Positions 1 through 7,621 of a stretch of 28,538 nucleotides of DNA are shown piece after piece. The stretch is taken from positions 1 through 28,538 of IMG/VR virus record IMGVR_UViG_3300016667_000028, one strand, 5' to 3'. This stretch comes from a virus. Lineage: Duplodnaviria; Caudoviricetes. How positions within the stretch are numbered: the stretch's first letter is position 1; every line of letters begins with the position of its first letter. A program made the position numbers and the translations under genes. The notes below the pieces were generated by a model. The model was not told the origin of the DNA, did no database searches, and saw nothing but the letters and a program-made list of their open reading frames with translations.

Positions 1-1395
1 AAAAAGAAGATCAGAGATGAGTTTGAGTTTATTCTCAAGCTCTTAAACTTCGGTAATATGGGTCATGACCTATTCCGTCGCTGGTATATCGACGGCAGAT
101 TATTCTATCATGTCATTATTGATGATCAAAGACCGGCTCTAGGTATTCAAGAACTACGTTACGTCGATCCTCGTCGTATTCGCAAAATCCGTGAAATTCA
201 AAAGACAAAAGATCCAAAGACTGGTATGGAAATTATTCGTAAACAAAACGAATACTTTTTATACAACGAACGCGGTGTCGTAGGCGCACATTCAAATCTT
301 GGTGCAAAGATTGCCGTTGATGCGATAGTAAACGTCAATTCAGGTCTCATGGATGCGAAGAGAGCAATGGTTCTCTCATATCTACACAAGGCTATCAAGC
401 CACTTAACCAGCTTCGCATGGTAGAAGACGCGGTAGTTATCTATCGTCTTTCCCGCGCGCCTGAGCGTAGAGTATTCTATATCGATGTTGGTAACATGCC
501 AACAATCAAAGCTGATCAATATCTCCGCGATGTTATGGTCAAGTATCGTAACAAGCTGGTATATGACTCTAGCACCGGTGAAATCAAGGACGACCGTAAG
601 CATCTATCCATGCTTGAAGACTTCTGGCTACCTCGTCGTGAAGGCGGTAAGGGCACAGAAATCACAACTCTTCCAGCTGGTCAAAACCTGGGTGAACTAG
701 AAGACGTTAAGTATTTTGAAAAGAAGCTATATAAGGCTCTAGGCGTTCCTATCTCTCGTCTTGAGCAATCGCAAGGTTTCTCACTAGGACGCTCAACAGA
801 GATTACAAGAGATGAACTCAAGTTTACTAAGTTTGTACAGCGACTACGCTCTAAGTTTGCTTCTTTGTTTGATGATCTTCTGCGTGTTCAGCTTATCCTT
901 AAAAAGGTATGCACCGAAGAAGAGTGGAACGAATTCAAAGAAGAAATCTGGTACGACTTCAAGAAGGATAACAACTTCAACGAACTGAAGGAAGCCGAGC
1001 TTCTACAGAATCGTCTAGCTATCCTTCAAATCATCGATCCATACGTTGGTCGTTACTATTCAATGGAATGGGTACGCCGCAAAGTTCTACAAATGAACGA
1101 CGAAGAGATTGATGAGATCCTAGATCAGATCGAAGAAGAAAAGGCTCAGAATATGCCTATGGATGCTATGGGCAATCCTCTTCCGACCGATGCTATGGGC
1201 AATCCAATTGATCCATCTCAACAGATGGCAGCGCCTAATCAGATTCCTCCAACACCTGTAGAGGGACTGTCTCAAATTCAGAACATGCAACCTGTAGCCG
1301 ATGGCACAGGCAAGGATCAAACCGATCCTTTGCAGACACAGCAAGACGCCTCTCGTAGACGTTTTGTCAATGATACAATGGAACCTATTCAATGA
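1..1395 (+). CDS. g20: Portal vertex protein (T4 gp20), 5'-truncated by the window edge
   Basis: The frame is open from base 1 (KKKIRDEFEFILKLLNF...). Typical gp20 motifs: FRRWYIDGR, LRMVEDAVVIYRLSRAPERRVFYIDVGN, EDFWLPRREGGKGTEITTLP, ITRDELKF. Confidence 0.97.
   Translation, partial: KKKIRDEFEFILKLLNFGNMGHDLFRRWYIDGRLFYHVIIDDQRPALGIQELRYVDPRRIRKIREIQKTKDPKTGMEIIRKQNEYFLYNERGVVGAHSNLGAKIAVDAIVNVNSGLMDAKRAMVLSYLHKAIKPLNQLRMVEDAVVIYRLSRAPERRVFYIDVGNMPTIKADQYLRDVMVKYRNKLVYDSSTGEIKDDRKHLSMLEDFWLPRREGGKGTEITTLPAGQNLGELEDVKYFEKKLYKALGVPISRLEQSQGFSLGRSTEITRDELKFTKFVQRLRSKFASLFDDLLRVQLILKKVCTEEEWNEFKEEIWYDFKKDNNFNELKEAELLQNRLAILQIIDPYVGRYYSMEWVRRKVLQMNDEEIDEILDQIEEEKAQNMPMDAMGNPLPTDAMGNPIDPSQQMAAPNQIPPTPVEGLSQIQNMQPVADGTGKDQTDPLQTQQDASRRRFVNDTMEPIQ
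1162..1205 (+). repeat. 17-bp direct repeat GATGCTATGGGCAATCC x2 (DAMGNP peptide repeat) in the portal C-terminal tail
   Basis: Copies at 1162-1178 and 1189-1205, 27-bp period. Confidence 0.85.
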
Positions 1396-2303
1396 AGAAG
1401 TTCGGTGAATTCGTATATGAGTCTTTGGCTGACCAAGTAAAGTCTCAGCCAAAGAGCAAAGCTGCTGATCAGGCTCAGAAGATGGGTCTGACATATGCTG
1501 GATTTGGTCGTTATATGGATGCTCAAGGTAAAGTTGCTTATGTAGTTCAGAGAGGTAAACTAGTACCTTTCAAAGGAATACAAGACGTTCAAAATTCATA
1601 TTCTAAGGCTCAAACACAGACAGCCAATCCTGAGAAGCAAAAAGAAATGCAGTCTCAGGCTGATGCTGAAAGTTCTGTTCTACAAAACAGACAGAAAAAA
1701 GATGCTGACATTATGGCTGTTCAGCAAGGTGATATCGAAGTTATAAATCAGGCATTGGTTAGTCAACCAACACCACTTGATGATATGCATATTAGTGCCA
1801 TTCAGTCTTATACAACAGATATGCATGACGCAGTTAATAGATATCTATACAAGGGATATGATGAAGGTACCGATTTGGCTGCTGGTCAAGCTATCGCAGA
1901 TACGATCAACGTTTTAGATAGCGCATTTGATCAAGCGGTTGCTCCTATGCCGTATTCTACATATACATGTCTTTCTAACAGATACGACCCTAGTAAAATT
2001 GCAGCTGGTGGTCAATACTTATTCAGAAGCTACTTGTCATCTTCACTAGAACCGACAGTAGCTCTTAGCGGTTATGAAGCAGAAGGTGCTGCTAAAGTTT
2101 TGTTGCAAATCGATGTTCAGGAAGGCCAAAGAGCCCTTTATCTAGAACCATATGCACAAGAACCTGGCGATATGGAAACACTATTTCCAAGAGGATCAGT
2201 TCTACAGATCGTCTCAGGTCCACACCCTTTTGATGGAACAGTTTTAGGTCTTAGTGATCAGAACCCAGTTTCACTGTTTCATTGCGCTGTAATTGAAGAA
2301 TAA
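1392..2303 (+). CDS. Putative virion-packaged ADP-ribosyltransferase-fold protein (VIP2/C3/Alt-like ART domain, degenerate Arg motif)
   Basis: The C-terminal half has the ART exoenzyme pattern AIQSYT..HDAVNRYL..LDSAF..YSTYTC..YLSSSL..LLQIDV..G..ALYL..GDMETLFPRGS. The N-terminus MKKFGEFVYE resembles T4-like capsid-targeting/gp21-cleaved leaders. ATGA overlap with g20. Confidence 0.7.
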   Translation: MKKFGEFVYESLADQVKSQPKSKAADQAQKMGLTYAGFGRYMDAQGKVAYVVQRGKLVPFKGIQDVQNSYSKAQTQTANPEKQKEMQSQADAESSVLQNRQKKDADIMAVQQGDIEVINQALVSQPTPLDDMHISAIQSYTTDMHDAVNRYLYKGYDEGTDLAAGQAIADTINVLDSAFDQAVAPMPYSTYTCLSNRYDPSKIAAGGQYLFRSYLSSSLEPTVALSGYEAEGAAKVLLQIDVQEGQRALYLEPYAQEPGDMETLFPRGSVLQIVSGPHPFDGTVLGLSDQNPVSLFHCAVIEE

Positions 2304-2306
2304 ATA
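2299..2306 (+). promoter_or_regulatory. T4-type late promoter variant AATAAATA
   Basis: One mismatch from TATAAATA, about 25 nt upstream of the ATG at 2329, which has a GGAG RBS. Confidence 0.55.
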
Positions 2307-2328
2307 TAGGAACAACTGGAGAAAACAC

Positions 2329-2631
2329 ATGTCTATTAAACAAGCACTTAATGACATTCTAGAGAACAATCTAGATTCAATGCGTCAGAACTTCTCATCG
2401 GCTCTTACCAGCAAGGCTGTAGAGCGTCTAGAAGAGAAGAAGATTGATATTGCAAGGTCATATTTTGGACAAGTCCGTGAGGGCTACAATCCTGCAAAGG
2501 AAGGTATTGAAGCTGCAAAGAAAGATGACGATCTTCGTAAGAGACATATGGAGAAGTACGGTAAGCTACCAAAGAGACTTACAGGTGAGCTTTCTGATAA
2601 GTTTGCAGAGCGCAAGTCTAAGAAGGACTAA
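2329..2631 (+). CDS. g67: Prohead core protein, gp67-like
   Basis: MSIKQALNDILENNLDSMRQNFSSALTSKAVERLEEKKIDIARSYFG matches the gp67 pattern and lies downstream of the portal gene. The ATG at 2329 follows a GGAG SD, so it is preferred to the TTG at 2293. Confidence 0.7.
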   Translation: MSIKQALNDILENNLDSMRQNFSSALTSKAVERLEEKKIDIARSYFGQVREGYNPAKEGIEAAKKDDDLRKRHMEKYGKLPKRLTGELSDKFAERKSKKD

Positions 2632-2637
2632 TTTACA

Positions 2638-4749
2638 ATGAAGAGTATCAAAGACATTCGTGAGCAGTTTGATATACTCACAGAAATGAAACAGAACCAA
2701 GAGCGTAAGCTTACGACTCTAATCCGTGCTGGTCTAATGGACACTAGCAAGCTTCAACTTGTCAAGCGTGCCCTAGACAAAGACAACCGCGTTCTGACTC
2801 CTTCTGAGAGAAACGCACTACTCGCATTGCTTGATTCTCTTATGGATCATGTGCTGAATAATAAAGGCACATTCCAAAAAGTTAAGAGCGATTTGCATGA
2901 GGCTGCAAAGCCTCTGCAACCGAAGAACGATTATCTATCTAAGTTTGATCCTCGTTTTGGATACAAGTATCCACCCGAGAGTATTCCATCTATTATCATG
3001 CTGAAGCGTAAAGCTATTCGTGTATTTCCAGACGGTCAGAAGATTGGTCTGTATTACGCTCAGGCACTTGACAAATATGTTTCAATTCCATTTGAGGGTA
3101 TTAACGTGAGCGAAGAAGTAGAACAGTTAGACGAAGTTTCAGCAGGCTTAGCTTCACAAGTGTATGCTAAGAGAGCTAATCAGGCTCTTGATACCAGCAA
3201 TGAATACGAAAAAGAAACTGATCCAAGACGCCGCGCAAAGCTTCATCAGAGATATCGTCAGCAGACAAGAAAAGCTGATGCAACATATGCAAGACTAGGC
3301 AATCAAAAGCTTTCGACCAAAGACAAGTACTTCATCGTACATAAGAATGCGGCTGGTCAAGTAGTACCAGCTGGCACAAAGGGTGCAGTTCCACATAGAG
3401 TTACAGCTAGTAGCAATACTGAATATGGACCAGAAGCACAAGCTAAGGCTATGGCAGCAGCTACAGACATTGCTAAAGAAAAGAAGAAAGATAAGTCTAC
3501 AGGTTCACGTTGGTATGAACTAGGTAAGAAGCACGGTAAGATTTTCAGAGATGTGAAGCGTAGTATTGCAGCTAATGTTGATAAGGCTAACTATGAGAAA
3601 TTCCAGCAAAGCAGCAAGCCGCAAATATCATCAACCTCAGTTAGATCCGCTTCTAGACCATCTAGAAGAGCCGGCGGAATGCCAATCAAAGAAGATTTCA
3701 GACTAAGACTTCAGTTGATGAGAGAAGAGAAAGCTGTAAATGAAAGTGCTTTAGGTGCATTAGATACAGGAGCCGAAATTATGGTTCCGTACTATAGTGC
3801 CGCAAAGAAGGTTATGAAGGGTGATTGGAAGGGCGCAGCAACCGATGCTGCTGTAGACACCGCTCTACTTGGTGTAGGCGCTGTTACAGGTGGCGCAGGC
3901 TATGTCGCTGGTAAAGCAGCTAAAGCTGGCATCAAACTTGGAACTAAAGCATTATCAAGTGGTGCTAAGGCAACCGTTAAGACGGGCGCCAGAAGCTTGA
4001 CTGCTGCCGAGAAGAGCGCGGCTAGAGCAGCAAAACTAGAAAAGCTTGGTAGCTCTGGTAAAGCAGCCAAAATGAGCAAAGAAGCAAAAGCGGCAAGAGC
4101 AGCGGCTGGCAAAGCAGGAAAAGGCGGTAAGCTTGGTAAACTAGCTAGAATTGCTGGACTAAATGCTCTCGGCGGTAATGGAGGATCAAGCTCATCTTCA
4201 TCTTCTGCTCAAGATTACGTAAAAAAGACTGATAACAACTATCAATTTGGTAAAGTTAATCCAAAGGTGGACGATTCTTTTGCACACAAGACCACAGGCA
4301 GTGCCGCTGTAGCAAAGCAGCGTGATATTCTTGACCGTAAGGCTCAGTCTGCAATGGCAAAGGCTGTTCAAGAGAATTACATTAAACCAACCGACAAAGA
4401 CTACAAGTTTACTCTAAAGGTAAAGACTAAGAAGCCACAGTCCGTACATGCAGATAGTGCCATTAGAAAGCAGCGCGACATCCTTGATCGCAAAGCACAA
4501 GCTGCTATGGCAAAGTCTATGCAAGAAGAGTCAAATTTTAAAGTGATTTCTCAACTAGCTGAGACAACAGGCGATGATGCATTGCTAAGATTTGCAGATA
4601 AGTCAATTACCATAAATAGTACAGTAGCAAAAAAAATCATGAACCTGCATGAATCGGTCAATAAGTCTAACAAGAAGAAGATCGAATCTATGCTTGAAGA
4701 GAGCGCAAGTTCATTCAACAAAATTCTAACATTCGCAGTAAGGCACTAA
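2638..4749 (+). CDS. Large modular K/A-rich head-associated (prohead core/internal) protein, 703 aa
   Basis: Located in the head operon. Many [ILVM]-x-E gp21-type cleavage motifs, including EEVEQLDEVS, plus an internal duplicated repeat and a Gly/Ala hydrophobic segment. Confidence 0.6.
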   Translation: MKSIKDIREQFDILTEMKQNQERKLTTLIRAGLMDTSKLQLVKRALDKDNRVLTPSERNALLALLDSLMDHVLNNKGTFQKVKSDLHEAAKPLQPKNDYLSKFDPRFGYKYPPESIPSIIMLKRKAIRVFPDGQKIGLYYAQALDKYVSIPFEGINVSEEVEQLDEVSAGLASQVYAKRANQALDTSNEYEKETDPRRRAKLHQRYRQQTRKADATYARLGNQKLSTKDKYFIVHKNAAGQVVPAGTKGAVPHRVTASSNTEYGPEAQAKAMAAATDIAKEKKKDKSTGSRWYELGKKHGKIFRDVKRSIAANVDKANYEKFQQSSKPQISSTSVRSASRPSRRAGGMPIKEDFRLRLQLMREEKAVNESALGALDTGAEIMVPYYSAAKKVMKGDWKGAATDAAVDTALLGVGAVTGGAGYVAGKAAKAGIKLGTKALSSGAKATVKTGARSLTAAEKSAARAAKLEKLGSSGKAAKMSKEAKAARAAAGKAGKGGKLGKLARIAGLNALGGNGGSSSSSSSAQDYVKKTDNNYQFGKVNPKVDDSFAHKTTGSAAVAKQRDILDRKAQSAMAKAVQENYIKPTDKDYKFTLKVKTKKPQSVHADSAIRKQRDILDRKAQAAMAKSMQEESNFKVISQLAETTGDDALLRFADKSITINSTVAKKIMNLHESVNKSNKKKIESMLEESASSFNKILTFAVRH
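4210..4530 (+). repeat. Tandem ~53-aa duplicated module (Y.K.TD..Y.F ... KQRDILDRKAQ.AMAK..QE) x2
   Basis: KQRDILDRKAQSAMAKAVQE and KQRDILDRKAQAAMAKSMQE are near-identical in protein but synonymously diverged in DNA. Confidence 0.85.
4611..4618 (+). promoter_or_regulatory. Possible intragenic late promoter CATAAATA
   Basis: One mismatch from TATAAATA, 140 nt upstream of the gene at 4751. Confidence 0.35.
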
Positions 4750-4750
4750 G

Positions 4751-5242
4751 ATGGCAAATAAAATTCTACAACAGAAGCTTTCTGACAGTACAAAGAGAGC
4801 ATTAACCAAGACGGTCATTATTTCAGATGGAACAAATGAAGCAAATACTATTTTGGTTGATGTGTCTTCTCTAGCATATGCTCTTAATGCAACAGGTGTT
4901 ATCTCTGGTACAAATCCAAGAGCAAAGCACAATACGACAATCAAGCGTATCCTAGGCAACTTTAAATCTAACAATGGCGTAATTCGTCTACAGTGGCATG
5001 GTGCCAGCAATTCAGAAATCATTGCTGTTGGTTCTGGAAGCTTTGAATACAACTTTGAAAAGATGGTAGATGGCGGTAGTATTCCTAATCCAGAGACAAA
5101 CTCTACAGGTGATATTCTGATCACTACCACAGGTCTTGTTTCTGGTGATGTAGCTACAATCATCATCGACCAGCGCAAAGACAATAACGATTATGATGCT
5201 GGTCAGACAGCAGATCCATATGCTTTCAATAGAGCAACGTAA
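4751..5242 (+). CDS. Hypothetical virion structural protein (beta-rich)
   Basis: 163-aa ORF tightly packed in the head operon, with Gly/Thr/Ile-rich beta-strand composition. Confidence 0.6.
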   Translation: MANKILQQKLSDSTKRALTKTVIISDGTNEANTILVDVSSLAYALNATGVISGTNPRAKHNTTIKRILGNFKSNNGVIRLQWHGASNSEIIAVGSGSFEYNFEKMVDGGSIPNPETNSTGDILITTTGLVSGDVATIIIDQRKDNNDYDAGQTADPYAFNRAT

Positions 5243-5634
5243 TGACAAAGCTAGTTAGTCTAATACTCAATAACAATCTTAATGAAGCTAATGAAGAATT
5301 GGCTGAACGAATGGTGCTTTTCATGGAGCAAAAGTACCATGAGATGAAGAAAGCTACAGCAGCTAAAATGTTTTTTGAGGAAGAACAACTAGATGAAGCC
5401 CGCGTTAAGATTGTTACTAGAGTTCGCAATGGTAAAGTTCAACGCAGAAAGAAAGTATCTAATGTTCCTGGCATGACAATTCGCGGCGGCAAGCTGAAAC
5501 GTATGTCTCCAGCAGAGCGCCGCCGTCGAAAGATGGGTGCTAGAAGAGCTAAAATTAAACGCAAAGGTAAAATGTCACGCATTCTGATGAAGCGTAAGCG
5601 TTCAATGCGTAGAAGACAATCAATGGGACTATAA
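5242..5634 (+). CDS. g68: Prohead core protein gp68-like (gp67-like N-terminus plus Arg/Lys-rich C-terminus)
   Basis: RVRNGKVQRRKK...MSPAERRRRKMGARRAKIKRK is the typical basic gp68 region, and the gene sits immediately before g21. Confidence 0.8.
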   Translation: MTKLVSLILNNNLNEANEELAERMVLFMEQKYHEMKKATAAKMFFEEEQLDEARVKIVTRVRNGKVQRRKKVSNVPGMTIRGGKLKRMSPAERRRRKMGARRAKIKRKGKMSRILMKRKRSMRRRQSMGL

Positions 5635-5638
5635 ACAG

Positions 5639-6286
5639 ATGAAACTCATCAAAGAAGAAGTACAGCAAGTTCAATTTCTAGTCGAAAAGACAGAAGATGG
5701 TAAGAGCGATCATTACATCCAAGGCATTTTTATGCAGGCTGAAAAACAGAATAGAAATGGTCGTGTTTATCCAAAGCGCGTACTAGACAGAGAAGTTGAA
5801 CGTTACAACCGTGATTATGTCAATAAGAATAGAGCATTTGGAGAGCTAGGGCATCCAGATTCTCCTTCTATTAATCTAGATCGTGTTTCGCACATGATTA
5901 CCCAGCTTTACCCTGATGGCAACAATATTATGGGTAAGGCTAAAATCTTAGATACTCCCAATGGAAAGATTGTGAAAAGTTTACTAGATGGCGGAGCGTG
6001 CCTAGGTGTGAGTACAAGAGGCGTAGGGTCTCTAAAACCATCCAATGGCTATCAACTCGTACAAGACGATTTTCATTTGGCTACAGCGGCCGATATCGTC
6101 GCGGACCCATCAGCACCAGATGCTTTCGTAAGAGGTATCATGGAAGATGCAGAGTGGATTCTGACAGCACAAGGCTGGCAGGCTATGCACCATGAAAAAG
6201 CAAAGAAACTGATCAAAGAAGCAAGCAAATCAGACATTGAAGCTGTTTCGCTACGTATCTTTGAAAACTTCCTTTCGAAACTTTAA
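5639..6286 (+). CDS. g21: Prohead core scaffold protease gp21
   Basis: YIQGIFMQAE..NRNGRVYP, GELGHP, DRVSHMI, GVSTRGVGS, DIVADPSAPDAFV. Confidence 0.97.
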   Translation: MKLIKEEVQQVQFLVEKTEDGKSDHYIQGIFMQAEKQNRNGRVYPKRVLDREVERYNRDYVNKNRAFGELGHPDSPSINLDRVSHMITQLYPDGNNIMGKAKILDTPNGKIVKSLLDGGACLGVSTRGVGSLKPSNGYQLVQDDFHLATAADIVADPSAPDAFVRGIMEDAEWILTAQGWQAMHHEKAKKLIKEASKSDIEAVSLRIFENFLSKL

Positions 6287-6291
6287 GAAAA

Positions 6292-6299
6292 TATAAATA
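6292..6299 (+). promoter_or_regulatory. T4 late promoter TATAAATA upstream of g22
   Basis: Perfect consensus, followed by an AGGAG RBS and the ATG at 6323. Confidence 0.85.
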
Positions 6300-6322
6300 T
6301 ATTTAAAACAAGGAGTATTCTA

Positions 6323-7576
6323 ATGTCAAAGTCACTAACAGAAGTAGCCAAGGCAGTCCTGATGAAGGAAAGCACTGCTCTCGCTGCTACTCTTAAGCCA
6401 AACGGCGGCTCTTCAGCCGGCGCTGAGCCAGACAATAAGCATAACGAAGCTGAACTAATTGCTGACGCTCCAAAGTCAGCTGGTGAGGGTAGCAACGTTG
6501 GTGCTGCTGCTGCTGGTAAGGTAAGCAAGGACAAGTCTAAGCCAACTCAGGGTGCAGTAGCACCAGAACCAGCAGCTAAGGCTGTTATGGAAGAGAAGGA
6601 AAAAGAAAAGAAGGGCGAGAAGGAAAGCGAAAAGGAAGATAAGGATAACGATGACGCCGACGACAAGGAAGAGATGAACGAAGATTTCGAAATCTCTGAA
6701 GAGTTGGCTGACTTCATTGACGCCATGATCGCCGAAGGTGCTTCCGAAGAAGAAATCGCCGAAGCTATCGAAGAGAACTTCGAACTAGTTTCAGAAGATA
6801 TCGAAGAAGAAGTAGAGCAGGATCCAATCGCAGAAGCAATCGAAATCGATATGTCAGAAGACATTGAGGCTCTATTTGCTGGCGAAGAGCTATCCGAAGA
6901 GTTTAAGGAAAAGGCTACAACAATCTTCGAAGCTGCTGTAAAGCGTAAGCTAGAAGAAGAGATTGCTGTTCTTGAAGAGGCTTTCGCTGCTACTCTTGAA
7001 GAGCAGATCGAAGAGATTCAGGAAGAACTATCTGGCAACGTTGACGATTACCTAAACTACGTTGTAGAGCAGTGGACAACAGACAATGAAATTGCTATCG
7101 AAGCTGGTCTTCGCACCGAGCTAACAGAAGAGTTCATTTCTGGTCTACGCAATCTATTCGCAGAGAACTATATCGACATTCCAACAGACAAGGTATCTGT
7201 TGTAGAAGAGATGGCAGCTAAGATCGAAGAAATGGAATCTAAGCTAAACGAAGAAATTGAGCGCAATGTGTCTCTAAACAAGATGCTAAGTGAAGCTCAG
7301 GCAGTTTATGTTCTTGAGAGCGCCTGCGAGGGTCTAACCGACACTCAGGCTGCAAAGCTTAAGACCCTTGCAGAGGGTGTTGACTATTCTTCAGTGGAAG
7401 AGTATGCACAAAAGGTTTCTACACTAAAAGAGAGCTATTTCAACCAGCCAGTAAAGAACGAGAACGTTCTAGATGACGTTGAAGTAACTGACGGCAAGAC
7501 AATGATTTCAGAAAGCACACTTTCTGGTCCAATGGCTGCTTATGTCAGAACTCTTGGAAAACAACTTCCTAAATAA
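6323..7576 (+). CDS. g22: Prohead core scaffolding protein gp22
   Basis: Acidic coiled-coil protein with LSEEFKEKATTIFEAAV, VDDYLNYVVEQW, GLRNLFAENYIDIP and C-terminal MAAYVRTL; lies between g21 and g23. Confidence 0.95.
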   Translation: MSKSLTEVAKAVLMKESTALAATLKPNGGSSAGAEPDNKHNEAELIADAPKSAGEGSNVGAAAAGKVSKDKSKPTQGAVAPEPAAKAVMEEKEKEKKGEKESEKEDKDNDDADDKEEMNEDFEISEELADFIDAMIAEGASEEEIAEAIEENFELVSEDIEEEVEQDPIAEAIEIDMSEDIEALFAGEELSEEFKEKATTIFEAAVKRKLEEEIAVLEEAFAATLEEQIEEIQEELSGNVDDYLNYVVEQWTTDNEIAIEAGLRTELTEEFISGLRNLFAENYIDIPTDKVSVVEEMAAKIEEMESKLNEEIERNVSLNKMLSEAQAVYVLESACEGLTDTQAAKLKTLAEGVDYSSVEEYAQKVSTLKESYFNQPVKNENVLDDVEVTDGKTMISESTLSGPMAAYVRTLGKQLPK

Positions 7577-7584
7577 TGTGGAAT

Positions 7585-7592
7585 TATAAATA
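7585..7592 (+). promoter_or_regulatory. T4 late promoter TATAAATA upstream of g23
   Basis: Perfect consensus, followed by an AAGGAG RBS and the ATG at 7622. Confidence 0.85.
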
Positions 7593-7621
7593 AAAGTAAG
7601 ATTTCAAAGGAGATAACAAAC

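Noticed and set aside
2293-2328. TTG start for the gp67-like ORF given in the ORF track
   Set aside because: The ATG at 2329 has a GGAG SD and lies downstream of the late-promoter motif; the extension overlaps the promoter.
6547-6864. Ser-rich minus-strand ORFs (also 19642-19866, and the Ala-rich 3900-4112)
   Set aside because: Mirror translations of Glu/Asp- or Ala/Lys-rich sense genes.
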